Below are positions 35,535 through 43,128 of a stretch of DNA of 43,128 nt, piece by piece (the first letter of the stretch is position 1; each line of letters opens with the position of its first letter). Source of the stretch: an uncultured Gammaproteobacteria bacterium (lineage in GTDB: Bacteria; Patescibacteriota; Patescibacteriia; Patescibacteriales; UBA12465). Location: NCBI GenBank assembly GCA_964440365.1, contig CAYTRX010000003.1, positions 1-43,128 of the forward strand, given 5' to 3'. The notes below the pieces were generated by a model. That model was not told the origin of the DNA, made no database searches, and saw nothing but the letters and a program-made list of their open reading frames with translations. A program made the position numbers and the translations under genes.

Positions 35535-36170
35535 TTGTTGAACCTTAAAAAAATAAAAGAGATGAAAGAAAAAGAAAGAATTTCTGACTATCAGCTAGAG
35601 CTCCTTCTGAGTAAAATGGCTGATGCCCTACAAGCTGGAGTTATCAGCGAAAACGAAGTCCTAAGATTTTTGCAGGGAAAATCCACTAATTCCCCAAAAA
35701 CCCTTCCAAGTATCATTGAGGTTAATTATTTTTACAGTTTAGAAGAAATGATTAACCGAAGCGCTTGTAATTGGAAACACTCCTTAGTAAAAAAAGAGTA
35801 TCCTCCCTGGCCAGAAGAACTCAAAGATCAAAAACATTTCTTATACGCTAAGTTATTTGTTTTTGATCAGGAGCTTGAAAGCCAAGAGGCTATTGATGCA
35901 ATGAAGAGAGCCGGCTATCGTCCCGCTACTATGGCCGAAGCTATAGCCTTCATTGACTTTATTAGAACTCAAAACAAGGAGCAAAGAGAAGAGTTGAGAA
36001 ACACTCTAAGTAAAGCTCAAATTATTTCTCTAAAAACCGAAAACGCCACCAAAGAAATGGTAGCAACCTTTAATCTTAGTAAGGTCGGTAAAATCATTGG
36101 CTGGATTGATTTACTGCCCTTTACTAGTAAATGGCCAGCTGGATCTCAATTCCTGGGCATTTTCGAGTAA
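35535..36170 (+). CDS. Hypothetical protein
   Basis: ORF with a TTG start at 35535; the ATG at 35562 (MKEKERISDY) is the more likely start. GC-richer like the preceding gene. No family recognised. Confidence 0.6.
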   Translation: MLNLKKIKEMKEKERISDYQLELLLSKMADALQAGVISENEVLRFLQGKSTNSPKTLPSIIEVNYFYSLEEMINRSACNWKHSLVKKEYPPWPEELKDQKHFLYAKLFVFDQELESQEAIDAMKRAGYRPATMAEAIAFIDFIRTQNKEQREELRNTLSKAQIISLKTENATKEMVATFNLSKVGKIIGWIDLLPFTSKWPAGSQFLGIFE

Positions 36171-36280
36171 AAAATTTTCAAAATAAACAAGATCGAAACA
36201 TCGACCTTTTTTTAAACAAAAAAATATCCCTTTATATTATCAAAAACTATCCACCCATAATTCATTTTCCAAAAAAAACA

Positions 36281-36320
36281 AAAACCCCGAAATCTATTTT
36301 TTTCGGGGTTTCTATTTTTA
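36281..36320. terminator. Bidirectional terminator
   Basis: CCCCGAAA/TTTCGGGG stem with T-runs on both strands. Sits directly after the pyrG stop. Confidence 0.75.
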
Positions 36321-36323
36321 AAA

Positions 36324-37994
36324 TTATTTTTTCAAGGAATTAATAAATCCTAAAAACAAGGGATGTGGCGCTAAGGGGCGAGAAAGATATTCCGGATTAA
36401 ATTGAACCCCGATAAAAAAAGGATGGTTTTTTATCTCAATTGCCTCCATAATTTTTCCATCTGGTGAATATCCAGAAAATACTAAATTATTTTTTTCTAA
36501 TAAATCTTTATAATCATTATTAAACTCTAAACGATGACGATGTCTTTCACTAATAACCCCTTTTACTCCTTGTTTAGTATAAAGCTCAGCTAACTTAGTC
36601 CCCTTCTTTAATTCACAAGGCCAAGCTCCGAGACGAACACTTTTACCATTCCCTTTTTTTCGATTTAATTTTTCTTGCTGAGCATTAACATGAAAAAGGA
36701 ATTCTTGATTTGGCAAATCTAACTCTTCGGAACCAGCATTTTTTAATTGACAAACATTTCGAGCAAATTCAATAACAGCTACCTGCATGCCATAAGAAAT
36801 TCCCAAAAATGGTACTTTATTTTCTCGACAATATCTAACAGCCTTAAGTTTTCCAGAAAAACCTTTGGTCCCCCAATCCTGAGGCATAATAATTCCATCC
36901 ATATTTTTTAAAATATCAACTCCCTTTTTTTCAATTTCCTCAGCATTAAACCATTCTATTTTGGGTTTAATTCGGTATTGGGTAGCCGCATGTTTAATAG
37001 CACCAACCAAAGAGGTGTATAAATCATGTAATGGATAAACACTATCTCGGTCTAAATATTTTCCAATAATACCAATTTTAACCTCCTTTTTCGCCCCATC
37101 CATATTTTTAATCATCTGCTTCCATCGTAGTTCCTCATCCTTAGAAGCTTTAGTGGGTTTAGCTTTCAAGCCTAATTTTTTTAATAATTTATTACCAAAA
37201 TCATCTTTTTCAAAATTAATTGGAATTTCATAAATTGAGTCCGCATCGGGAGCCGCAATAATATCTTCTTTTTGCACATTACAATGAATAGCTACTTTTT
37301 CGCGACACCCATTATCAATCTCTTTTTCAGAACGAAGTACAATAAAATTTGGCTGAATTCCAGCACCATTTAAAGTCCGAACAGCATGTTGGGTTGGCTT
37401 AGTTTTCATTTCGCCAATTTTATTGGGTACTGGTAAATAAGAAACAATTACAAATAAAATATCTTGAGCATTTTTTAATTTCATCATCCGAGCGGCTTCT
37501 AAAAACAATAAATTTTCATATTCTCCAACTGTGCCCCCAATCTCAATTACCATAATTTCAGCCTGTGATATTTCAGCTGCTTTTTTTATGCGCCGACTAA
37601 CCTCCTGTGGAATATGGGGCACCACCTGAACACATTTTCCTCCATACTCTAAATTTCTTTCTCGATTAATGACACTCTGATAAACTCGACCGGTGGTCAT
37701 GTAATTCGCCTTTAAAATATTTTTATTTAAAAATCTTTCATAATTTCCTACATCTTGATCGGTTTCATCAGCATCATCGGTAACAAAAACCTCCCCGTGC
37801 TCAATTGGATTCATCGTTCCCGCATCAACGTTGATATAGGGGTCAATTTTAATAGCCGAAACATTATAACCCTTATTAGAAAAAATTTTAGCAATTGAAG
37901 CGGTTGTAATGCCCTTGCCAACCCCGGACATCACGCCACCAACAACAAAAACTAATTTGGTTTTAGTTTTTGTTTTGTTTTTTTTCTTAGACAT
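36324..37994 (-). CDS. pyrG: CTP synthase
   Basis: GGVMSGVGKGITTASI N-terminus and a C-terminal glutamine amidotransferase domain (GISYGMQ, HRHRLEFN). Confidence 0.95.
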   Translation of the reverse strand: MSKKKNKTKTKTKLVFVVGGVMSGVGKGITTASIAKIFSNKGYNVSAIKIDPYINVDAGTMNPIEHGEVFVTDDADETDQDVGNYERFLNKNILKANYMTTGRVYQSVINRERNLEYGGKCVQVVPHIPQEVSRRIKKAAEISQAEIMVIEIGGTVGEYENLLFLEAARMMKLKNAQDILFVIVSYLPVPNKIGEMKTKPTQHAVRTLNGAGIQPNFIVLRSEKEIDNGCREKVAIHCNVQKEDIIAAPDADSIYEIPINFEKDDFGNKLLKKLGLKAKPTKASKDEELRWKQMIKNMDGAKKEVKIGIIGKYLDRDSVYPLHDLYTSLVGAIKHAATQYRIKPKIEWFNAEEIEKKGVDILKNMDGIIMPQDWGTKGFSGKLKAVRYCRENKVPFLGISYGMQVAVIEFARNVCQLKNAGSEELDLPNQEFLFHVNAQQEKLNRKKGNGKSVRLGAWPCELKKGTKLAELYTKQGVKGVISERHRHRLEFNNDYKDLLEKNNLVFSGYSPDGKIMEAIEIKNHPFFIGVQFNPEYLSRPLAPHPLFLGFINSLKK

Positions 37995-37998
37995 AGGA

Positions 37999-39294
37999 CT
38001 ATTTAGAATTAATTGTATTTAGGTTAAAAAATTTTTGCGCCTCTTCACTATCAAAAAATTTTTTAGCGGCATCCATTTGCGGATCTTTATCTTGAAGATA
38101 TTCTTCATAACTTATCTCAATTTCCATATCGGCTTTTATACCCTCCTCATTGATATCTTGGCCTTTAGGAGTTAACCATTTAGCAACCGTCATTTTTAAA
38201 GCTGAACCATCTTTTAAATTTCCCAGAATTTGAACCGACCCCTTACCATAACTAGTTTCGCCAATAATATAAGCCTTTTTATGATCTCTTAAAGCCCCAG
38301 CAATTATTTCCGAAGCTGAAGCACTGCCTGAATTTATTAAAACTAAGGTTGGATAATTGGCTAATCTATTTAAGCCTCGGGCTGGATAATCCAAACGAGT
38401 GCCATCAGCAAACTCTTCAATAACAGCTACCTCACCATTGATCCATTCACCCAAAACTTCAACCGCTGCCTCTAAATATCCGCCAGGATTACTACGTAAA
38501 TCTAAAATTAATTTTTTAGAAGCTGAAGCAACAAAATTTTTAACTGCTTCAGCAAAAAGCTCACTAGTATCATCATTAAAAGATGAAATTTTAATTAAGA
38601 AAACATCATTTTCTAATTTTTTATACTCAACACTCTTAACTATAATAGTATCACGAATAATTTTAACCTCTCGAATTTCATCGGCCATTGGATTATAAAT
38701 ATTTAAGATCACCTCTGTTCCTTTTGGTCCTCTAATTTTGGCTACTGCCTGATCAAGACTCAATTCCTTGGTGCTTTCAGAATTAATTTCTAAAATTTTA
38801 TCACCCGGAATAAGACCGGCTCGACTAGCTGGACTACCATCTAAAGGCGAAATAATTGTTAGTAATCCATCACGAATTCCAATTTCAGCTCCAATACCAT
38901 CAAAACTACCTGACATATCTTCTTCAAAATCTTTGTTTTCTTTGGGATTCATAAACTCAGTATAAGGATCGGCAAAAGAAGCTACTAAACCCTTTAGAGA
39001 GCCATAAAACATTTGTTTATCAGTAACTTGATCACGATTAGGATGCTGACTCCTAAGCTTTTCCCAAACATCCCAATACATATTAAAATCAATATTTTGT
39101 GCCCATTGCCCATCAACTTTACTATACTTTCCTTTTAATTTTCCCAAATAAAGAACCTCTTTTTCGGCCATTTTTTTAACTGTATCACTTTCTACTGCCA
39201 AATAAGCACCGGCTGAAAAAAAGAAAAAAATAATCATTAACATGACTATAATTCGCAATAAACTAAATATAATTTTCTTTACTTTTTTATTCAT
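37999..39294 (-). CDS. S41 family carboxy-terminal processing peptidase with a PDZ domain
   Basis: TM anchor, PDZ region (GLIPGDKILEIN) and catalytic region NSGSASASEI..GKGSVQ. Confidence 0.85.
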   Translation of the reverse strand: MNKKVKKIIFSLLRIIVMLMIIFFFFSAGAYLAVESDTVKKMAEKEVLYLGKLKGKYSKVDGQWAQNIDFNMYWDVWEKLRSQHPNRDQVTDKQMFYGSLKGLVASFADPYTEFMNPKENKDFEEDMSGSFDGIGAEIGIRDGLLTIISPLDGSPASRAGLIPGDKILEINSESTKELSLDQAVAKIRGPKGTEVILNIYNPMADEIREVKIIRDTIIVKSVEYKKLENDVFLIKISSFNDDTSELFAEAVKNFVASASKKLILDLRSNPGGYLEAAVEVLGEWINGEVAVIEEFADGTRLDYPARGLNRLANYPTLVLINSGSASASEIIAGALRDHKKAYIIGETSYGKGSVQILGNLKDGSALKMTVAKWLTPKGQDINEEGIKADMEIEISYEEYLQDKDPQMDAAKKFFDSEEAQKFFNLNTINSK

Positions 39295-39316
39295 AATTAT
39301 TTTCTTATTATTTTTA

Positions 39317-39922
39317 TTACCCTCTTATTATTTTTAAATTTTGTGGATCACGAATATCAATAATTTTAGAAGGTCGACGTTTCGGTCGATAACCCTTTAA
39401 TTTAACTAAATAATCAGCTTGATATTTTTGTTTATTAAAAAAAGAAAAAATCTTATTGAGATTATTTAAAGCCTGTTGTCCACTTAAATTACAACTAGTA
39501 GAAATTAAGGGAGCATCTAAGTCTTTTATTATTTTACTCAAAAATTTGTCTTTTGGCAAACGAAGCGCTAAACCTTCTTTATCAGTATTAGAAAAAAAAG
39601 AAAGTTTATTTTTTTTAAGCTTTAAAATAAAGCTAGTAACCCGAGAATGACGATTATTAAAATAATTTTGTATAATTTTTTCTTGCTCACTACTGATAAT
39701 AAAATATTTTTTAGCCATTGTTAGGTCAGCACATAAAATAATAAAAGATTTTTTCTTTGGTCGATTTTTAATTTGATAAACTCGCTCCACGGCTGCCCTA
39801 TTCTCTGCCAAACAAGAAAAACCATAAAAAGTATCGCTTGGCAAAACTAAAACAGCCCCCCGATTTAAGAGTTGCTGTATTTTTTGACTGGAAGAGTTTT
39901 TGGATGAAGCTAAAATTAACAT
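39317..39922 (-). CDS. tsaC: L-threonylcarbamoyladenylate synthase (YrdC/Sua5/TsaC family)
   Basis: LVLPSDTFYGFSC and ..STSCNLSG.. motifs of the YrdC fold. Confidence 0.7.
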   Translation of the reverse strand: MLILASSKNSSSQKIQQLLNRGAVLVLPSDTFYGFSCLAENRAAVERVYQIKNRPKKKSFIILCADLTMAKKYFIISSEQEKIIQNYFNNRHSRVTSFILKLKKNKLSFFSNTDKEGLALRLPKDKFLSKIIKDLDAPLISTSCNLSGQQALNNLNKIFSFFNKQKYQADYLVKLKGYRPKRRPSKIIDIRDPQNLKIIRG

Positions 39923-39978
39923 AGCATAAATTATCTATCACTTATTTAAGATCTAAATTATTTAAGTAAATTATTTAA

Positions 39979-40497
39979 CTATTTAACAAAAGACTCAATT
40001 GCCTCAATTGTTGTTGGGACAAAAGGTTTAGCCCAAGAAACAGCCTTAATCAAAAACAGTGCTATTTCTGATCCTTCCACTATTTTAGACAAAAGATCGT
40101 TGGAAAAAGAATAAGAAATAGCAATAAAAACAATACTGCCTAAAATAAAAAGCCCTTGTATCAAACCTAAGAGAGCCCCTAAAATCCGATTAGCCAAAGA
40201 AAGTAAAGGCAAGGAGGTAATAATTTTTAATATTTTAGCAATTAAATTAAAAGCTAAATTCAAAACAAAGGACGAAAGCGTTAAAACAATAATAAAAGAT
40301 AAGGTTTTGCCAAGCGCCTCCGAACCAAAGCCAATAGCGGGAAACCACTCATAAACTTGTTCAAAAAACTTAAAAGAAATAATAATAGATAAAATCGTGG
40401 CTAAAATACCTAAAATCATCTTTATTAAACCCTTATAAAGTCCATACAAAATGAAAAGACCTAAAAAAATCAATAAAACTAAGTCTAATGTTGGCAT
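39979..40497 (-). CDS. cvpA: CvpA family membrane protein
   Basis: Four-TM small protein with the typical N-terminus (LDLVLLIFLGLFILYGLYKGLI). Confidence 0.7.
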   Translation of the reverse strand: MPTLDLVLLIFLGLFILYGLYKGLIKMILGILATILSIIISFKFFEQVYEWFPAIGFGSEALGKTLSFIIVLTLSSFVLNLAFNLIAKILKIITSLPLLSLANRILGALLGLIQGLFILGSIVFIAISYSFSNDLLSKIVEGSEIALFLIKAVSWAKPFVPTTIEAIESFVK

Positions 40498-40535
40498 AAT
40501 AGTATAAAATTAGCTGATAATAATATTAAAATTAA

Positions 40536-41204
40536 TTAATGAATAATAATTGTAAACTCACCCTTACTAGCATCTTTATCTTGTTCAAATATTTTGCACA
40601 ACTCAGCGATATCTTGATTATAAAAACTATAAAACATCTTGGTTAATTCCCGAAAAATCATGACCTTCTTCTTGGTTCCCGAAGCCTTAATTTCCTCTAA
40701 TAATTTTTTAATGCGATGCTTGGATTCATAAAAAACAACCGGATATTTAGCCTCCAAAATCTCTTGCAACATCTTATTCCTTCCCTTTTTATGAGGCAAA
40801 AAGCCAAAAAAAATAAATTTATCGGCCTTAATTCCAGAAACCGACAAGGCTGTTATTATAGCTGAAGGACCCGGAATAGCCTCAATTTTTATCGCCGCAT
40901 TTTTATTTCTAATAAAGTCTACCAATTGTCCCCCCGGATCAGAAATATTTGGTGTCCCCGCATCACTAATTAAAGCAACTGATTTGCCCTTTTCTAAATC
41001 CCGCAAAACTGCTTCATACTTATTCGGTCCTGAATGATGGTGAAAGGATACTAGGGGTTTTTTAATCTGATAATGCGATAAAAGTTTTTGCGCTACCCGA
41101 GTATCCTCACTTAGAATATAATCAACTTCTGATAAAATGCGGAGCGCCCGAAAAGAAAAGTCTTCTAAATTACCAATCGGTGTCGCTACAATATATAAAG
41201 TCAT
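40536..41204 (-). CDS. rsmI: 16S rRNA (cytidine1402-2'-O)-methyltransferase
   Basis: LYIVATPIGNLEDFSFRAL..ILSEDTR N-terminus and DAGTPNISDPG. Confidence 0.85.
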   Translation of the reverse strand: MTLYIVATPIGNLEDFSFRALRILSEVDYILSEDTRVAQKLLSHYQIKKPLVSFHHHSGPNKYEAVLRDLEKGKSVALISDAGTPNISDPGGQLVDFIRNKNAAIKIEAIPGPSAIITALSVSGIKADKFIFFGFLPHKKGRNKMLQEILEAKYPVVFYESKHRIKKLLEEIKASGTKKKVMIFRELTKMFYSFYNQDIAELCKIFEQDKDASKGEFTIIIH

Positions 41205-41210
41205 ATATAT

Positions 41211-42923
41211 TTAACTTATTAAATTTTCCTTTCTTTCTTTGACATACTTTAACCAAGAATCAAAAACATCAACAAAAACTCTAAAAGGAGCTTCAATAAT
41301 AAAATCTAAAATAAAAACAAAAATATTAATTCGTGAAGCATTATCAGAAAGAAATTTTCCAGTAGCGACAATTGGTGTATAGAAAAAATCTAAAATAAAA
41401 GAAAAGAAACCTTCTTTCGGCTCAATAATAATAAACTTCTTAATATCGCGTTTAATTCTAAAACTAAAGAAACTAGCAAAGGTTAAGAAAAATAAGAAAA
41501 TAATAATACTAACCCAATTAAATCCCAAAAAGGTTAAAAATTTAACAATAAAGTAAATGGTTAAAGAAAAACCACCAAAATAAAGAATGGTGAAAGAAAT
41601 GTCCATTGCCAAGGTTCGTTTAGCTGGTTTTTTAAGCAAAATTGATTTAGCCTTTCTTTTTTCATTAAAAACAATCTCCTCTACCCCACTAATTATTTTT
41701 TTGGTATTTTCCTGAGCCGGTGTCCAAGTAAAAAGTATCATTAAAAATAATAAAACAGCTGGAAAGCTAATATTAATAGCTAAGGTCAATAAATTAATTT
41801 CTTCTCCAAAAAATTTAACCGCTGGAACTTCTAGCAAAAAAACAAAGATTGATTTAGTTAAAAAGATATAAATAATACTGCGAAAACCAGAACGCCATAA
41901 CTTCTTTTTAATTTTAGCAAACCTTTTTTCACAATTCTCTTTAATAGTATTGATGAAGGCTTTATAGTTATTAGACGCTTGATCATAAATTCTCATTGGA
42001 TTTTCCCAAATAGTTTCCTCTAATATTGAAAAATAAAGTGAATAAGATTTAGTAACTTTATCTAATTGTCGCTTTAAAGGATGTTTTAATTGCTCTTGAA
42101 TACTGGCATAAATAACATCAATTTTGGAAGCAATGTCCTCAATTTCTTCAGTCTTTAGGTCATCGTGTGACCATCGATTATTATAATATTTAAAAATGGC
42201 AAAGGTTAATAAATCATCATCATAGTTAAGATAATTTCTCACAACCGCTAAATAAGTTTGAATATCTAAATCTTCATCATAGGGTAAATTTTTCGGTAAA
42301 CGAATACTATCACGCAAAATCTCAAACATATCTAATACTATTTCTTGCTGAACATTATCTCGAGTTAAATTCATTTCAATCTCTGAAGCAGCCAAAGAAG
42401 TAATTAATTTGAATAATTTTTTTTGTGCCTTTTGCGTTCTTTTGCGTGATTTTTCTTTATTAAAATTGAAAAAAAGGTGAAAAAAATTATCTTTCTCTTG
42501 TAATAAATCCTCTAATTTAATATATTTTTCAAAAATATTGGCTACTTCCTGAATCTTTGACTCCAGTATTTTATTGTTTTCTAAATAACCTGCTTGAATT
42601 AATTCGGTCATTAAATGCAAGGCCATTTCTTCACTCTTAGCCTTTTTTAAAAGACCTTCAATTATCATATGTCTTTTAAAGATACGTTTAATAGCATTTT
42701 TACGTAATAAATGATCGTCATCATAGTCCACCGCATTTCTAATCTTTTCATAAACTAAAGTTAATTTGGAGGTCATGCTGGAAACGACAATATTATTAGA
42801 CGAATCTTTAGTGTTTTTTTCTAAACCATTTTTCTTAATATAAATCAATTGAAAAAGACGTTTGGCGGAAAGGGTCAAACTCAAAGATTTTTCCTTCTTT
42901 TTTATCAAATTAGGGCTAACCAT
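41211..42923 (-). CDS. Hypothetical protein: helical soluble N-half, multi-TM C-half
   Basis: 570-aa ORF with about 330 aa of charged helical sequence followed by 5-6 hydrophobic helices. No motif recognised. Confidence 0.65.
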   Translation of the reverse strand: MVSPNLIKKKEKSLSLTLSAKRLFQLIYIKKNGLEKNTKDSSNNIVVSSMTSKLTLVYEKIRNAVDYDDDHLLRKNAIKRIFKRHMIIEGLLKKAKSEEMALHLMTELIQAGYLENNKILESKIQEVANIFEKYIKLEDLLQEKDNFFHLFFNFNKEKSRKRTQKAQKKLFKLITSLAASEIEMNLTRDNVQQEIVLDMFEILRDSIRLPKNLPYDEDLDIQTYLAVVRNYLNYDDDLLTFAIFKYYNNRWSHDDLKTEEIEDIASKIDVIYASIQEQLKHPLKRQLDKVTKSYSLYFSILEETIWENPMRIYDQASNNYKAFINTIKENCEKRFAKIKKKLWRSGFRSIIYIFLTKSIFVFLLEVPAVKFFGEEINLLTLAINISFPAVLLFLMILFTWTPAQENTKKIISGVEEIVFNEKRKAKSILLKKPAKRTLAMDISFTILYFGGFSLTIYFIVKFLTFLGFNWVSIIIFLFFLTFASFFSFRIKRDIKKFIIIEPKEGFFSFILDFFYTPIVATGKFLSDNASRINIFVFILDFIIEAPFRVFVDVFDSWLKYVKERKENLIS

Positions 42924-42992
42924 AATTATCTTTTTTAAACTTTATTAGATATCTTTATATTACTATATTTCAAATTAAATATCAATGCCCTA

Positions 42993-43021
42993 TTGACTTC
43001 TTTTCATAAATTTACTAATAT
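42993..43021 (+). promoter_or_regulatory. Sigma70-like promoter (TTGACT, 17 nt, TAATAT)
   Basis: -35 at 42993-42998, a 17-nt spacer and -10 at 43016-43021, about 48 nt upstream of the secE ATG. Confidence 0.4.
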
Positions 43022-43068
43022 ATAAACACAAGCCCCCAAGGCTTTTTTAATTACATTTTTATAAGAAT

Positions 43069-43128
43069 ATGGGATTAAATAAATATGTAAAAGAATCTAT
43101 TATTGAGCTAAAAAAAGTTTCCTGGCCA
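43069..43128 (+). CDS. secE: Preprotein translocase subunit SecE (5' end; runs off the window)
   Basis: MGLNKYVKESIIELKKVSWP contains the conserved SecE E-[LM]-KKV-SWP motif. Confidence 0.6.
   Translation, partial: MGLNKYVKESIIELKKVSWP

Noticed and set aside
36131-36343. 70-aa ORF crossing the 36171-36323 intergenic region
   Set aside because: It overlaps the end of the upstream gene, runs through the bidirectional terminator hairpin and into pyrG. Its composition is low-complexity.

Overview
This is an AT-rich, tightly packed bacterial chromosome segment using the standard genetic code (TAA, TAG and TGA all end clearly intact genes). Everything here was read by eye from the sequence and ORF track; no searches, folding or statistics were run. 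Most of the window is housekeeping. On the + strand: pgeF, a PIN-PhoH ATPase, leuS-dnaX-serS, a metallophosphoesterase, alr, an FtsQ-like gene, xerC/D-like, rnhB, a GT4 glycosyltransferase and the secE start. On the - strand: H+-pyrophosphatase, an M23 peptidase, a UvrD-like helicase, gltX, a TagA-like gene, pyrG, an S41 protease, tsaC, cvpA and rsmI. The gene style (FG-GAP surface proteins, small minimal operons, many membrane-anchored hypotheticals) suggests a small-genome Patescibacteria/CPR-like organism, but that is inference only. Six parts are not ordinary. (1) At 17.7-18.3 kb there is a decayed type V-A CRISPR locus: a 66-codon Cas12a N-terminal stump with no cas4/1/2, followed by an intact-looking 3-repeat mini-array ending in an intrinsic terminator. 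(2) At 222-461 a promoter plus SAM-I riboswitch precedes an uncharacterised membrane-anchored Cys-rich protein. (3) The left 5.6 kb is a mosaic. It holds a tRNA-3'-end-like fragment, GC-clamped nested hairpins, a solo GIY-YIG/T5orf172 gene, a gene remnant, and a processive GT2 synthase fused in frame to a signal-peptide plus beta-barrel-like module. That GT2 cassette is bracketed by 30-nt direct repeats (29/30 identical). (4) The UvrD-like helicase carries an inserted DnaQ-type exonuclease domain. (5) A visibly GC-richer two-gene islet sits at 34.8-36.3 kb. (6) A 630-nt non-coding stretch ends in three TTAGCC hexamers phased at 11 bp, directly upstream of the tyrosine recombinase gene. No rRNA gene, intact tRNA gene or transposase was recognised.
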